From NCBI GenBank assembly GCA_038087875.1, contig CM075992.1, forward strand, positions 6,884,001 to 6,948,000: 64,000 nt of DNA. Direction: 5' to 3'. The stretch's first letter is position 1; each line of letters begins with the position of its first letter. The stretch is from Malacoraja senta (lineage: Eukaryota). The position numbers were made by a program, and so were the translations under genes. The notes below the pieces were generated by a model. It had not been told where the DNA came from, searched no databases, and was given only the letters and a program-made list of their open reading frames with translations. Positions 1 through 14,142 of the stretch are shown piece by piece.

Positions 1-2020
1 AAGTGGACGCTCACATCATTTTGCTCAGGGTAGAGGATTGTAAAACTAGAGGGCACAGGCTTCAGGTGAGAGGGGAGAGATTTAACATAGAGCACAGGGA
101 TGGCCCTTCGGCCCACATTGTTTGCACCAATTATGATGCCATTAAGCTTATATTACCTGCCTGTACATGATCCATATCAAAAAAGCTCAGATATAAACCA
201 TGAATAGATACAATCAGTTCAAACTCAAGTACAATAGGTAGAGCAAAGGGGACGAACGATACAGAGTGCAGAATACTGTATAGTTCTCAGCATTGTAGCG
301 CATCAGGGAGTGAAAGATTTGTTCCTGAGGTCCCATGTGCTCTGTGGAGTAGAGGAGAATATTTCAGTAGTGAAGGAAGGAACTGCAGATGCTGATTTAA
401 ATCGAAGATAGACACAAAATGCTGGAGTAACTCAGGCAGCATCTCTGGAGAGAAGGAATGGGTGACGTTTCGGGTGGAGACCCTTCTTCAGATCAGTCTG
501 AATTGGACAGTACCATGGTTTATGCAAGGACTGTTCAGAATGCCTGATAACAGAGGGGAAGAAGCTGTCCCTGAGCACTTTGTGGCACCTGTATTTTCTG
601 CCAGGTGGGAGCAGGGAGAAGGAGAAAAAGACTGTGCTGGAGTTTAGTTTAGTGATACAGCGCGGAAACAGGCCCTTCAGCCCACAGTGTCCACACCGCC
701 CAGAGATCCCCGCGCACCAACCACTACCCTACACACACTAGGGACAATTTCACATTTACACCAAGCCAATTAACCTACAAACCTGTACGTCTTTGAAGTG
801 TGGGAGGAAACCGAAGATGTCGGGGGAAAAAACCCACGCAGGTCATGGGGAGAACGTACAGACAAGCACCCGTAGTCAGGATCGCACCGGGTCTCTGGCG
901 CTGTAAAGGGCCTGTCCCACTTGGGCCGTCATTTACGCGACATCATTTACGCGTCACGACGCAGTAGCTCTACCGCTGCGCCACCGTGCCGCCCTAAATG
1001 ATGGATTCCCTCGTGGCAAATACCGAATAATCTGAACAATCCCTCACGCCCTCTGTATGTCAGAAGGTCGCCTTATCCTGGAACTAATGGGCACATAAAC
1101 ATCTGGTACGATGCTTTAGCCATCTTGTCCCTCTGTAGGTGCACAAAAATGCTGGAGAAACTTAGCGGGTGCAGCAGCATCTATGGAGCGAAGGAAATAG
1201 GCAACTTTTCGGGCCGAAACCCTTCTTCAGACCCTTGTCCATTGTCCCTATGTAACCCAGCTTCAACGACTCGGCGATTATACGATGCTTTAATGTCACA
1301 TGCACCTAGTGCAGTGAGATGCTTTGTTTTACATCCAACCTGGTAAAACCACACATCAGGTCGCAGCCTCTGATTTTAGTTCAAAACCTGTGAACTCGCT
1401 GCACCAACCACCTCCCCATCCCCAACTACAAATATGTTGGAGTTTACAACTTTCCAAATAACACCTAGAAAACCTAATGCAAATCTCCAGTCTGAAGAAG
1501 GGTCTCGACCCGAAAACGTCAACTGTCCCTTCTCCCTAGACATGATGCCTGACCCGCTGAGTTACTCCAGCATGTTGTACCTATCTTATGTGTAAGACCA
1601 GCATCTGCAGTTCCTTCCTGCACACATCTCCATTGCACCATCCATTCCCTGTCGCTGGTCCTCTTGTGTCAGAGATTCTGGCGTTTGTGCCATTGTTTTG
1701 AACGCTGGTTGGCAAAGATCCATCGATAACCTTTGAAGGATCTCTCAAGCACTTGTCAACAGAATGTTAGAATTCCACAGCCTTTAGCATGCTGGTGTGG
1801 GATATTTCAGAAGACCCAGGAATATAAACAGCAAGCTACTGGCAGGTTTCAAACAGAAATGCGTACTGATAGATTTGTGTCGAGATTTGCTTGTGTTTCA
1901 GTTGGGGGTATTCCTCGAACATTAGGGCTCAGTCTTTGGTTGGTGAGTTGGGTTTGACCCACATCTTCTCCACTTCCATCCAATGTGGTTGACCTGCCCC
2001 CTAACTCCTCACACCTGGAA

Positions 2021-2360
2021 GGGCGGCACGGTGGCGCAGCGGTAGAGTTGCTGCCATATAGCTCCAGAGACCCGGGTTCGGTCCTGACTTCGGGTGCTTA
2101 TCTGTACGGAGTTTATACGTTCTCCCCGTGACCTGCGTGGGTTTTCTCCGGAATCTCCGGTTTTCCTCTCACACTCCGGTAGAGTGGTGCAGGGTTGTAG
2201 GTTAATTGGCTTGGTATAATTGTAAATTGTCCCCAGTGTGTAGGGGATCGGTGCGGACTCGATGGGCCGAAGGGCCTGTTTCCCGCGCTATATCTCTAAA
2301 CTAAACTGAACTAAAACTAAACTGAACTAAACTAAACTGAACTAAATTAATTAAATTAAA
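2021..2360 (+). mobile_element. tRNA-derived SINE, HE1/V-SINE type (representative; more than 25 full or partial copies in the window)
   Basis: A box TGGCGCAGCGG, B box GGTTCGGTCC, V-domain-like ggagttt..gttctccccgtg, CR1-like 3' end and (ctaaa)n tail. Confidence 0.88.
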
Positions 2361-3944
2361 CACCTGCCTCAAATTCTACATGTTTTGTAGATCTTTAACT
2401 AGCAGAAACCCATCAGTCACACTCCTACTAATGTTAGTTTAGATATACAGCGCGGGAAACAGATCATTGGGCCCACCGAGTCCGCGCCAACCAGTGATCC
2501 CCGCACACATACACTATCCCACACACACTAGGGGACAATTTACAATTATACCAAGCCAATATGCCTACAAACCTGCCTGTCTTTAGAGTGTGGGAGGAAA
2601 CCGGAGATCCCGTGGAAAACCCACGCAGGTGACGGGGAGAACGTGCAAACTCCGTGCAGACAGCACCCATAGTCAGGACTGAACCCGGGTCCCTGGCGCT
2701 GTGAGGCAGCAACTCTACCGCTGAGCCATTGTGTCCCACTTTATTTGTGAGAGGGGCAAGTTTTACAGGCGTACAGCTGTACAGGGGTGGTGGTGGAGGC
2801 AGATATGATATTGGTGTTTAAGAGGCTTAGAGAAAGGTACGTGGATGTACAGGGGAGGGGTATGGATCACGTGGAAGCAGATGTAATCAGTTTAACTTTG
2901 TATCATGTTCGGCACAGACATTGGGGGCCGAAGGGCCTGTTCATGAGCTGTACTGTTCTATGCTCTAAAGCTTTAGCGACTGAGAGCGGGCATGAACCGT
3001 TTCCTGGGTTACCTGGGTTAAGGCCTATTCATTAGTAGTATAATCAACTTATACTGGCATCTAAACCATTAATCTTCCAATGGTATTCTTAGCTGTAACA
3101 GAGACTTAATTGACTATAATTATTTGGTTATTTACTGTGCATCTAATACCCAACTATTAAATAACTGGCTTGTGTTACTGAAACTATCCTGCCTCAAAAA
3201 GTTCCTTCTGTGTTATAACAGGAGGGAGTTAGCTTCATAAAGGTGTCATTGATTTGGACCATTGTTGAGGAAAGACTTGGATAAAGTGGCTAAATGTTTT
3301 TGCAATCCCTCCCTTTGATCCCCTTAAAAATAGACACGTTGGAAGTAGGAGAGGGAGTGGGCAAAGTAAGGAGACAAAGCGTCGTCGGAAGTATCAAGTA
3401 TCAAGTATCCTTCAGTGAACGAAACGTTGTGCCTTGCAGTCATAATATAGAATAAAATAATAAAACACACAATAAACACAGATTTAACATCCACCACAGT
3501 GAGTCTACCAGGCCCTCCTCACTGTGATGGAAGGCAAAAGTCTTAAAGTCCTTGTCTCTTCCCTCCTTGAAGGAACTGCAGATGCTGGTTTACCCCGAAG
3601 ATAGACTCAAAATGGTGGAGTAACTCAGCGGGACAGGCAGCATCTCTGGAGACCATGGATAGGTTGGGACCCTTCTTCAACTGTCGCTGGGAGAAGGGTT
3701 CATGGGAGTAGGCCATTCAGCCCCTCAAGCCTATCCCACCCCAGTGCCCTCTGACCCCTTGCTACATCTACTGCTCTGCATATGAGTGCAGAGAAAAGTT
3801 GTGCAGTTTTTAGAAACTTTTCACAACTCGAGGGCTGCTTTCTCTATCAGAGCTGACTTCTGCAAAACTAGTAATAAAGGCAGAACATGTGGAAACACAC
3901 AGGAAGCCAAGCTTCATTCTGTGTTGTGGGGCAGGTCTGACCCA

Positions 3945-4835
3945 ATACTAACATCTCTAAGTTTGCGGATGACACAAAGCTGGGTGGCAGTGAGAGCTGC
4001 GAGGAGGATGCTATGAGGATGCAGGGTGACTTGGATAGGTTGGGTGAGTGGGCAGAAGCATGGCAAATGCTTTTATAATGTGGATAAATGTGAGGTCATC
4101 CACTTTGGTGGCAAGAACAGGGAGGCGGATTATTATCTGAAGGGTGTCATATTAGGAGAAGGGGAGGTGCAACGAGAGCTGTACATCTGAAAGTAAGCAT
4201 GCAGGTACAGCAGGCAGTGAGGAAAGCAAATGGCATGTTTGCCTTCATTGCGAGATAATTTGAGATTAGGAGCAAGGAGGTCCTACTGCAGTTGTACAGG
4301 ACACAGCACCTGGAGTATTGTGTGCAATTTTGGTCTCCTAATTTGAGGAAGGACATTATTGCTATTGAGGTTCACCAGGGACTGACGTATGATGAAAGAA
4401 TGGGTCGACTGGGCTTGTATTCGCTGGAATTTAGAAAGATGAGAGGGAATCTTATAGAAACATGTAAAATTCTTAGAGGATTGGACAGGGTAGATGCAGG
4501 AAAATGTTCCCGATGTTGGAGGAGTCCAGAACCAGGAGTCACAGTTTAAGAACAAGGGGTAGGCCATTTAGGACTGAGATGAGAAAAAAAAAATTTCACC
4601 CAGAGAGTTGTGCGTCTGTGGAGTTCTCTGCCACAGAAGGCAGTGGAGGCCAATTCACTGGATGTTTTTAAGAGTGAGTTAGATTTAGCTCTTAGGGCTA
4701 AGGGAATCAATGGATATGGGGAAAATGCCGGAACGGGGTACTGATTTTGGACGATCAGCCATGATCATATTGAATGGAGGCGCTGGCTCGAACGGCCGAA
4801 TGGCCTACTCCTGCACCTATTTTCTATGTTTCTAT
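3945..4835 (+). mobile_element. Degenerate CR1 LINE 3' part
   Basis: KFADDTKLGG and HLEYCVQFWSP fragments, and a CR1 3' UTR with ttctatg tail. Confidence 0.9.
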
Positions 4836-6897
4836 GACTCCATCTACACTTCACGCTGCCTCAGAAAAGTAGCCAACATCATCAAAGTCTCGTCCCACCC
4901 CGGTCATTCCTTCTCCTCACCCCCCATCAGGGTCTGGCAGAAGGTACAGAAGTTTGAAAGAGCACACCACCAGAGTCATGAACAGCTATGTTATCAGGCT
5001 TCTGAACGCTCCTTCCATAAGCTAGGGTACTGTCCGATTCACCTCTACCTCAATGCAGACATTAGACGTTGTCTCTGGAGCTGATATACTACAATACTGA
5101 GAACTATATTCTGCACACTGTATCTTCCCCTTTGCTCTATCCATTATACTTGAGTTTGAACTGATTGTATCTATGTATGGTATATCTATCTGATCTGCTT
5201 GGATAGTTTGCAAAACAAAGCTTTTCACAGTACCTCGGTACTGGTGACGGTAATAAACCTAAACCTAAACATTCACACTTCCAGAGCACAGTGCTCTTAA
5301 TAAATGGTGGCTGATCTCACTGTGTAAGCTTCACTGATCCATAGTCATAGCGGATGTCACCAGTGGACTGGGACACATCGGGAGATCAGAAATTCCTTCC
5401 GTGTAGCAGTTTAGTGAGATGGGAACAGGCGCACTGTGTTATCCTCAGTGTAACAACAACAGCCAGATTATATTGCCTCCCCTGTGTTTATTTAGGTTTA
5501 GCCTTGGAGAGAGATATAGCATGGGAACGGGCCCTTCGGCCCACTGAGTCCACGTTGAACAGCGATCACCTGTTCACACTAGATCTATCCCACTTTCTCA
5601 TGCACTCCCTGCACACTAGGGGCAATTAACAGAGGGCCAATTAACCTGCAAACCCGCACGTCTTTGGGATATGGGAGGAAACCGCAGGACCCGGAGGAAA
5701 CGCACGCGGTCACGGGGAGAACGTTCAAACTCCGTACAGACAGCACCCGTGGTCAGGATCGAACCCGGGTCTCTGGCGGTGTGAGGCAGCGGCTCTACCA
5801 GCTGTGCCAGCCACAATGGGTGGGGGGGGGGGGGGGGGTTGGGGGGAGAAAATGTAAATGGGGGGTCTCGGGGCATGGCGATGAGTGCAGAGAGGAGGGC
5901 GAAGGAGCAGGGTGGTGGGGGGTTGCAGTGGAAACGGGGAGACGACAGAGGTGCTGCTTGCAAAGCTGACTAACGTTGGAGATCATGGCTTTTTAATGAG
6001 CACGGTAGGTGTGCCAGGTCCAGTGGGTATCAGGGAGATCTGAGCTCCCCTCCCCACCACACCCCTTCCTCTCGCCCCGAGGGGATAATGGAGATCACAT
6101 CACCCCAGCAGCGTGGGGCGGCCCCTCACAAGTATAGGACCACACTTGGAGTACTGTGAGCAGTGCCTGTCGCCTAGCTCCAGGAAGGATGTCAGGAGAC
6201 TCTAGCAGCGACCTTGCCAGAGTCTCTGGGAACTGTCTCGCTGTGATCCTCCACAGCCAAATGCCAGTTGCCTGGCAACCTTCCGAGCCCCGGGCCTGCT
6301 TTGCTTCACGGCTCAACGGAGAAGAATTCATTTTCTGGCTCGGTTCTTCAAAGGGCAGTGGGACAGGGCTGGGGTGCGAGCCTGCGGTGGGGGGGGGGGG
6401 GGGGGGGGGTGGGGGCTTAGCGGAGGGAGGGTCCACCACGGCTGTGAGAGAGGAAAGGAAGATACAAAGTACCGGAGTAACTAAGTTTAGTTTCAAAGCT
6501 CTGAACTACAATAGACTATAATCATTATTGCACTCATTCTTTGTAAGAACCTTAAGGGAATGGATTAAACTAGACAACAATATAGTCAAATCACCTTCGC
6601 TGGACAGTTTTAAGGGAGCACTAACAGCACAACACATCCAAGTTGGTGATATGTAGAGTACTGCCCTGCCGACTACAAATTCAGAAGATTTAGAAGATAT
6701 AATTGTTTGTTTATTGAGTATGTGTGCATGTGTATATATACACATTGAACTTTTTTTTCTCCCGTTATATATTATGTTTACATATTGTGTTGTGCTGCAG
6801 CAAGTAAGAATGTCATTGTTCTATCTGGGACACATGACAATAAAACACTCTTGACTCTTGTTCCTTGTATGTGAATATATTTGGCCAAATAACTTTA

Positions 6898-7810
6898 AGA
6901 AGGTACACAAAAATGCTGGAGAAACTCAGCGGGTGCAGCAGCATCTATGGAGCGAAGGAAATAGGCAACTTCGGGGCGAAACCCTTCTTCAGACTGATAG
7001 GGGGTGGGGAGAAGAAAGGAAAAAAGGAAAAAGGCGGAGGAGGAGCCCGAGGGCTGGGGGAGGGGAGGAGACAACCAGATGGCTGATGAAGGGGAGGGGA
7101 CAGCAAGGGCTAGCAGAATTGGGAGAATTCAATGTTCAAGCCCCCAGGATGTAGACTGCCCAAGCGGAATATGAGGTGTTTTCCTCCAATTTACGGTGTT
7201 GCTCGCTGTGGCCATGGAGGAGACCCAGGACAGAGAGGTCAGATACGGAAGGTCACCGGGAGGTCAGGTTGGTTATTGCGGACCGACCGGAGGTGTTCGG
7301 CGAAACGATCGCCAAGCCTCCGCTTGGTCTCACCGATGTAGATCAGCTGGCATCTAGAGCAGCGGATGCAATAGATGAGGTTGGAGGAGATGCAGGTGAA
7401 CCTCTGTCGCACCTGGAACGACTGCTTGGGTCCTTGAATGGAGTAGAGGGGGGAGGTGAAGGGACAAGTGTTGCATCTCTTGCGGTTGCAAGGGAAAGTA
7501 CCAGGGGAGGGTGTGGTATGGGAGGGAAGGGAAGAATTGACAAGGGAGTTACGGAGGGAGCGGTCTTTGCGGAAGGCAGACATGGGGGGAGATGGGAATA
7601 TGTGGGGAGTGGTGGGGTCACGTTGGAGGTGGCGAAACTGACGGAGGATCACTTGTTGATCCTCCGTCAGTTTCTAACTTTAAGAAGGAACTGCAGATGC
7701 TGGACAATCGAAGGTAGACAAAAATGCTCATTTTTCTTCGAAGGAAATTTCCTTCGCTCCATGGATGCTGCCTCACCCGGTGAGTTTCTCCAGCATTTTG
7801 TCTACCTTGG
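6898..7810 (-). mobile_element. Penelope-like element 3' part: GIY-YIG endonuclease, terminal repeat and an inverted terminal piece
   Basis: ORF 7239..7652, FTCISSNLIYCIRCSRCQLIYIGETKRRLGDRFAEH (GIY-YIG with Cys/His motif). Confidence 0.9.
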
Positions 7811-9224
7811 CCAATAAACATTCATTTATTCATTCGTTCATTCTTTCATTAATTGTTTAGTTTAGAGATACAGCGCGGAAACAGGCCCTTTGGCCCACCG
7901 AGTCCACGCCGACCAGCGATCCCTGCACACTAACCTTAAATACTGGGGACAATTTTACACTTGCACCCAGCCAAATAACCTTCAAACCTGTACGTCTTTG
8001 GAGTGTGGGAGGAAACCGAAGATCTCGGAGAAATCCCACGCAGGTCACAGGGAGAACGTACAAACTCCGTGTTGAACCCGGGTCTCTGGCGCTGTAAATA
8101 GGGCAGTAACTCTATCGCTGCTCCACCGTGCCGTAACCCAGCAACACAATGATGCAGTTGTACAAGTTGTTGGTGAGACAACACTTGGAGTACTGTGTGC
8201 AGTTCCAGTCGCTGAGCTATAGGAAGGTTGGCATTAAGATGTAGAAATAAAGAACTGCAAATGCTAATTTATATATATATAAAAAAAGACAAAGTTGGAG
8301 TAACTCAGCAGGTTCGGCAGCATTTCTGGAGAACATGGATAGGTGATGGTTTGGGTCGGGTCCCTTGCTCTTCATGTAATGGTAGTGGGGAGAGTGGTAG
8401 TGCCGAGGGGGTTCGATTATAGTTATATTGGCATGAGTTTATTAATGACACCCAGAGGAAAGCCACACGGTCACAAGGTGAACGTGCAAACTCCACACGG
8501 ACAGCGCCAGAGGTCAGTCGTTTAGAGATACAGCATAGAAACCGGCCCTTTGGTCCACCGACTCCGTGCTGACCATCGATCACCCGTGCACATTAGTTCT
8601 ATGTAATCTAACTTTCTCATCCACTCCCTACACATAATGGACAATTTACAGAGGGCCAGTTAACCTACAAACCTGTACGTCTTTGGAGTGTCGGAGAAAA
8701 CCGGAGCACACGGAGAAAGCCCACGCGGCCACAGGGAGAACGTACAAACTCCACACAGTCAGCACCTTTAGTCAGGATCGAACCCGGGTCTCCTGTACAC
8801 GTGACAATAAATAAATCAAAACCAAAATCAGATGGTAGCAAAGGGCTCATCCGAGATATTGTGAGCTAAAGTACAGGCAGCCCCAACGCAATGGTCTAAC
8901 CAACATGGGACATATTTCACAGCGGTTACGATACGATTCACCGTCACCATGGAGAAATCAGAATCGATGGTGACTTCTCCATGGAGATGTCTCCATGGAG
9001 ATGAAACCTTCTTATCAGAGGCTTAAGATAGACACAGAAAGCTGGAGTAAGTCAGCGGGTCGGGCAGCATCTCTGGAGAGAAGGAATGGGTGACGTTTCG
9101 GGTCGAGACCCTTCTCCAGAGGCTTATCCGAGTCCCAATCAAGCGTTTCTCAACGTCAACTGCCGAGAATCAGTTCTGATGCCATTGAATTCCCCCCTTC
9201 CCCGGGTCACTGTGTAAACAATAC

Positions 9225-9912
9225 TTTTATTTCCCCACAAAATAAACTTGATTCAGAATAAAAAATATCTACAAAACGTAAAACTGTCCAAAGACTAGTC
9301 TTCCACTGGGTCTCGATCCGAAACGTCACCCATTCCTTCTCTCCAGAGATGCTGCCTGTCCCGCTGAGTTACTCCAGCTTTTGGTGTCTATCTTCGGTTT
9401 AAATCAGCATCTGCAGTTCCTTCTTGCACATCCTCAGCAGCAATACGTTTGTAGGTTAATTGGCTTGGTATAGATGTAAAATTGTCCCTAGTGTGCGTGG
9501 GGTAGTGTTAGTTTGCGGGGATCGCTGGTGGTTGCGGGCTCGGTGGGCCGAAGGGCCTGTTTCCGCACTGTATCTCTAAACTAAACTAAACTAAACATAG
9601 TGTAATAGTCAGTAATGTTCGCGTCTATCTTTAAACCAAGCTCCCTTGCTACTCCTGTGCCCCCCCCCCCCTGTGGGGGGATCTTCCTGCCCTTGTTTGG
9701 GGTGGGGGGTGTCCCCACCACACTCTGCCCCCCAATGTCCAGCAGCGGAAGGACCATAGACTGTGGTCTTCCCCCACCGAGCCTTGGCGTTGGCTGCACC
9801 GAGCTTCAGTCCGTCCCTCAGCACGTACTCCTGCAGCCTGCAGCGGGCCAGTCGGCAACATTCCCCGATGGACATCCCGCTCCGCTGGGAGGTCAGTGCG
9901 AACAATAGCATT
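9225..9912 (-). mobile_element. Tx1-type LINE 3' end, interrupted (same family at 47060-47470 and 57536-57895 on +)
   Basis: ECCRLARCRLQEYVLRDGLKLGAANAKARWGKTTV is shared by three copies. Confidence 0.65.
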
Positions 9913-10156
9913 CGTGGTGGCAGCTCAATTCATAACTAGTCCCCTTCTCCTCCTCCCCTGCTCCGTCTCAGGGTCAGTGCACCCCTCACCCATCACCCGC
10001 TGGCTCCAACCCCCATCACAATGCCTTCAATTTAAAATTATAATCCCTATTGACAAATCCAAATCCCACCCCCACCCCCCATCTCCTGCGACCGTCTGAG
10101 ATCTCACCACCGACTGAATAACCGATAGTTTATTCACCACCGACTGAATAACCGAT

Positions 10157-10790
10157 AGGAGGAGTGGAGAGGAGAGGAGAGGGGAGGAGAGGAGTGGAGA
10201 GGAGAGGAGAGGAGAAGAGAGGAGAGATGGGGAGGAGAGGAGAGGAGAGGGGAGGAGAGGAGAGGAGAGGAGAGGAGAGGAGAGGAGAGGAGAGGAGAAG
10301 AGAGGAGAGGAGAGATGGGGAGGACAGGAGAGGGGAGGAGTGGCGAGGAGAGGAGAGGAGAGGAGAGATGGGGAGGAGAGGAGAGGGGGGGTGAGGAGAG
10401 GAGAGGAGAGGAGAGGAGAGGAGAGGAGGAGAGGAGAGGCGAGGAAAGGAGAGGAGAGGAGAGGAGAGGAGAAGAGAGGAGAGGAGAGATGGGGAGGAGA
10501 GGAGTGGAGAGGAGAGGAGAGGAGAGGAGAGGAGAGGAGAAGAGAGGAGAGATGGGGAGGAGAGGAGAGGGGAGAAGAGGAGAGGAGAGGAGAGGAGAGG
10601 AGAGGAGAGGAGAGGAGAGGAGGCGAGGAGAGGAGAGGCGAGGAAAGGAGAGGAGAGGAGAGGAGAGGAGACGAGAGAGAGAGGAAAGGAGAGGAGAGGA
10701 GAAGAGAGAGGAGAGGAGAGGAGAGGGGAGGAGAGGAGAGATGGGGAAGGGAGTAGATGAGGGGAGCGGCGAGAGGGGAGGAGAGGGAGC
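10157..10790. repeat. (AGAGG)n polypurine satellite with recurring variants
   Basis: Direct reading. Confidence 0.97.
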
Positions 10791-10976
10791 TCCACACCTA
10801 TCAGTGAGGTAGTTGAAGGTACACAAAAATGCTGCAGAAACTCAGTGGGTGCAGCATCAGCTCCATAGATGCTGCTGCACCCGCTGAGTTTCTCCAGCAT
10901 TTTTGTGTACTTTCGATTTTCCAGCATCTGCAGTTCCTTCTTAAACAAAACAGTGAGGTAGTTGAGTTGGGTACTA

Positions 10977-11607
10977 TAAGTCCACCACCGATTTTTCGGC
11001 ACCCTTGATTCCAGATCCTTTCTGGATTAGTATTTAGGAAAGAACTGTAGATGCTGGTTTAAATCGAAAGTAGACAAAATGCTGGAGTAACTCAGCGGAA
11101 CAGGCATCATCTCTGGAGAGAAGGAATGGGTCTGAAGAAGGGTCTGAACCTGAAACGTTACCCATCCTTCTCTCCAGAGATGCTTGTGTCCAGCATTTTG
11201 TGTCCACCTTGGTTTCGGCCCGAAACGTTACCTATTTCCTTCGCTCCATAGATGCTGCTGCACCCGCTGAGTTTCTCCAGCATTTTTGTGTACCTTCCTT
11301 TCTGGATTATCCGTTTTGCCGGAGCAACCAAGGTCAAGGGCTCCGAGCGGAATCCAACGGTACCGGAATGGTCCGCCTCGGCCTCGGAAGTCTTCTGTGG
11401 GAACGGATTTGCCGGCTGGGCGCAGGGGGCAAACCCCGCCGATGGGCCGCGGAAGTCCCGATGAGGTCAAGCTCGGCTGCCTCATCCGGCCTCGGCGCCG
11501 CATTCTCGGGGGGACTTTTGTAGGGGATTTCAAGTGCGCTCCCTTAATTTTGTCCGGATTAAAGCAGGTGCCGGGTCAACAGTTTCCGAAAAATCGGTGG
11601 TGGACCT
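10977..11607. mobile_element. TA-flanked MITE (Tc1/mariner-pogo type), with nested Penelope-derived pieces
   Basis: TIR GTCCACCACCGATTTTTCGG at both ends, inserted at a TATA inside a CR1 3' end. Confidence 0.7.
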
Positions 11608-12099
11608 ATATAACAACTTTTAAAAGACATTTGGAAAGATACATGGATAGGAAAAGTTTAGAGGGCTATGGGCCAAAAGCGGGCAGATGGGATTAATGTC
11701 TTGGTCTGCATGGGCAAGTTGGGTTAAAGGGCTTGTTTCTGTTCTGTATGACTCTGTGACTGCCAGTTAAATCCCCAGTGTTTGGAATCTCCTCTCAAAA
11801 TCCCCCTGAGTTGTTGTGGGAACAGCTGCTCTCAGAGCGACTCGACCTTGACCCTGGCCTCAGGCGCTGTGTGTGTGGAGTTTCCCCAGTGAGAGATGAA
11901 CCACTATAAATGGGATTAGGTGAAGGATTGATGTAAATGGATGCTTGGAGGTTGGCATGGACACAGTGGGCCGAACGGCCTGCTTCTTTATCCGATCAAT
12001 CTATAACCTACAAGAGCCATCGAGAGCCATACAACAGGGAAACTGGCCCTTCAGCCCCTCTTGCCCCTCTTGCCCACGCCGACCAACATATATATATAT

Positions 12100-12677
12100 A
12101 TATATAATAATTACAGCACGGAAACAGGCCATCTCGGCCCTTCTAGTCCGTGCCGAACACTTACTCTCACCTAGTCCCATCTACCTGCACTCAGACCATA
12201 ACCCTCCATTCCTTTCCCGTCCATATACCTACTCAATTTATTTTTAAATTATAAAATCGAACCTGCCTCCACCACTTCCACTGGAAGCTCATTCCACACA
12301 GCTACCACTCTCTGAGTAAAGAAGTTCCCCCTCATGTTACCCCTAAACCTGTGTCCCTTAATTCTCAAATCATGTCCTCTTTTTTGAATCTTCCCTACTC
12401 TCAATGGAAAAAGCTTATCCACGTCAACTCTGTCTATCCCTCTCTTAATTTTAAAGACCTCTATCGAGTCCCCCCTTAACCCTCTGCGCTCCAAAGAATA
12501 AAGACCTATCTTGTTCAACCTTTCTCTGTAACTTAGGTGCTGAAACCCAGTCAACATTCTAGTAAATCTCTTCTGTACTCTCTCTATTTTGTTGACATCT
12601 TTCCTATAATTTGGCGACCAAAATTGTACACCATATTCCAGAATTGGCCTCAACAATGCCTTGTACAATTTTAACAT
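12100..12677 (-). mobile_element. CR1 LINE 3' fragment (second subfamily)
   Basis: ORF 12249..12677, LEYGVQFWSP...FFTQRVVAVWNELP. Confidence 0.9.
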
Positions 12678-12732
12678 GCCCCATCTACACTAGTCCCACC
12701 GGTTGGCCAATATCCCTCTTAACCTTGTGTAG

Positions 12733-12970
12733 TAAGGAACTACATATGCTGGTTTACACTGAAGGTGGACACAAAAAGCTACTGTAGAGTAACTCAGTGG
12801 GTCAGGCAGCATCTCTGGAAAAAAGGAATCAGCGACGTTTTGGTTCGAGACCCTTCTGCACACTCGTCTTCAGTCTGAAGAAGGGTCTCGACCCGAAACA
12901 TCACCTGTTCCTTTTCTCCAGAGATGCTGCCTGACCTTCTGAGTTCCTCCAGCATTTTGTGTCTTTCTTC
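12733..12970. repeat. Penelope-derived foldback element
   Basis: Inverted arms; core at ~12875-12902. Confidence 0.8.
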
Positions 12971-13845
12971 CCTCTAAACTTTTCCTGTCCACGTACCTAT
13001 CCAAGGGAAGTCAGGGCCCAGATAGTGGTGATTTTGACGGGCTGAATGGCCTGCTCTGTGCTGTAAATTCCTTGGTTGAACCTGTGCCATTGAGTGTTGG
13101 ACATGGCAGCCACTCATTCTGCCCCAACCCTTTGCTGATCCCAGCTCTGGGTCCAAGCAACTTCGCTCCGTGGAGCTCTGCTCCCTCTGCTGGTCACTCA
13201 CAGAACAGCCAACCGTACTGGAGAAACAAGAAACCGCACATGCTGGTTTACAAAGGAAGTATATTGTAACTGAGGACCCCACCACCTCAGCCCACCCTCC
13301 CCTCCCTTACAACTCTCACACACTTCAATGGCAATTGCCCATGTGCTGAATGGCAGCTATATTGAAATAAAGCACGAACAAGGACTGATTCATTTTTGCT
13401 GTATTGCAATATGTGGATTACAAAACTCTGATAGATATTTCTGTAAAAAGGATAATACAAAGACACCGAGGAGTAGATCTGGTCTTGATGTTCGGCAGGA
13501 AACATTGATAGCACAACTGCTAACTAGTGGGAGATAGAAGACAGCATCAGCAGAGGAGTGTGTGCCTGTAAATATCAGCAGAGTAACATACACAGGGAAA
13601 CAGCCACTGCGCTGGTTTATATATCAGGGACTGTGCCGGGCACTGTGTACAATCTGGGGCAACACAGTGCACTGATCCCAGTCCAGACCCTCCTCACTCC
13701 CGCTTACAGCAAAACTAAAGGGTGCTTTTAAATTAAGCCTCTTGCACTCTATTAACCAAGGGGATAATGGGGCTTGCAAACTGGCTTCCCAGTTCTAACC
13801 CTCGCGAAGCAAAACACAAGAGAAATTTGATTCCAACCTCAACTG

Positions 13846-14142
13846 CACCGGTGGCACAGCGATAGACTTGCTGCCTTACAGCGCCAGAGACCCGGCTTTG
13901 ATCCTGACTAAGGGTGCTGTCTGTATGGAGTTTGTATCTTCTTCTCGTGACCGTGTGGGTTTTCTCCGGGTGCTCCGGTTTCCTCCCACCCTCCAAAGAC
14001 GTGCAGGATAATTGGCTTGGTGAAATTGTAAATTGTCCTTAGTGTGTGTAGGATAGTGCTATTGTACGGGGTTCGCTGGTCGGTGCGGACTCAGTGGGCC
14101 GAAGGGCCTGTTTCCGTGCTGTATCTCTAAACTAAACTAAAC
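13846..14142 (+). mobile_element. HE1/V-SINE-type SINE
   Basis: Same head, core and tail as 2021-2360. Confidence 0.85.

Noticed and set aside
2021..2100. tRNA-like A and B boxes
   Set aside because: They are SINE heads continuing into the SINE core and tail, not tRNA genes.
8938..9004. Short nested palindromes (tctccatggaga twice)
   Set aside because: Too short and isolated to assign a function.
10027..11002. Long SSPLL and ERRGE ORFs
   Set aside because: These are artefacts of the (AGAGG)n repeat.
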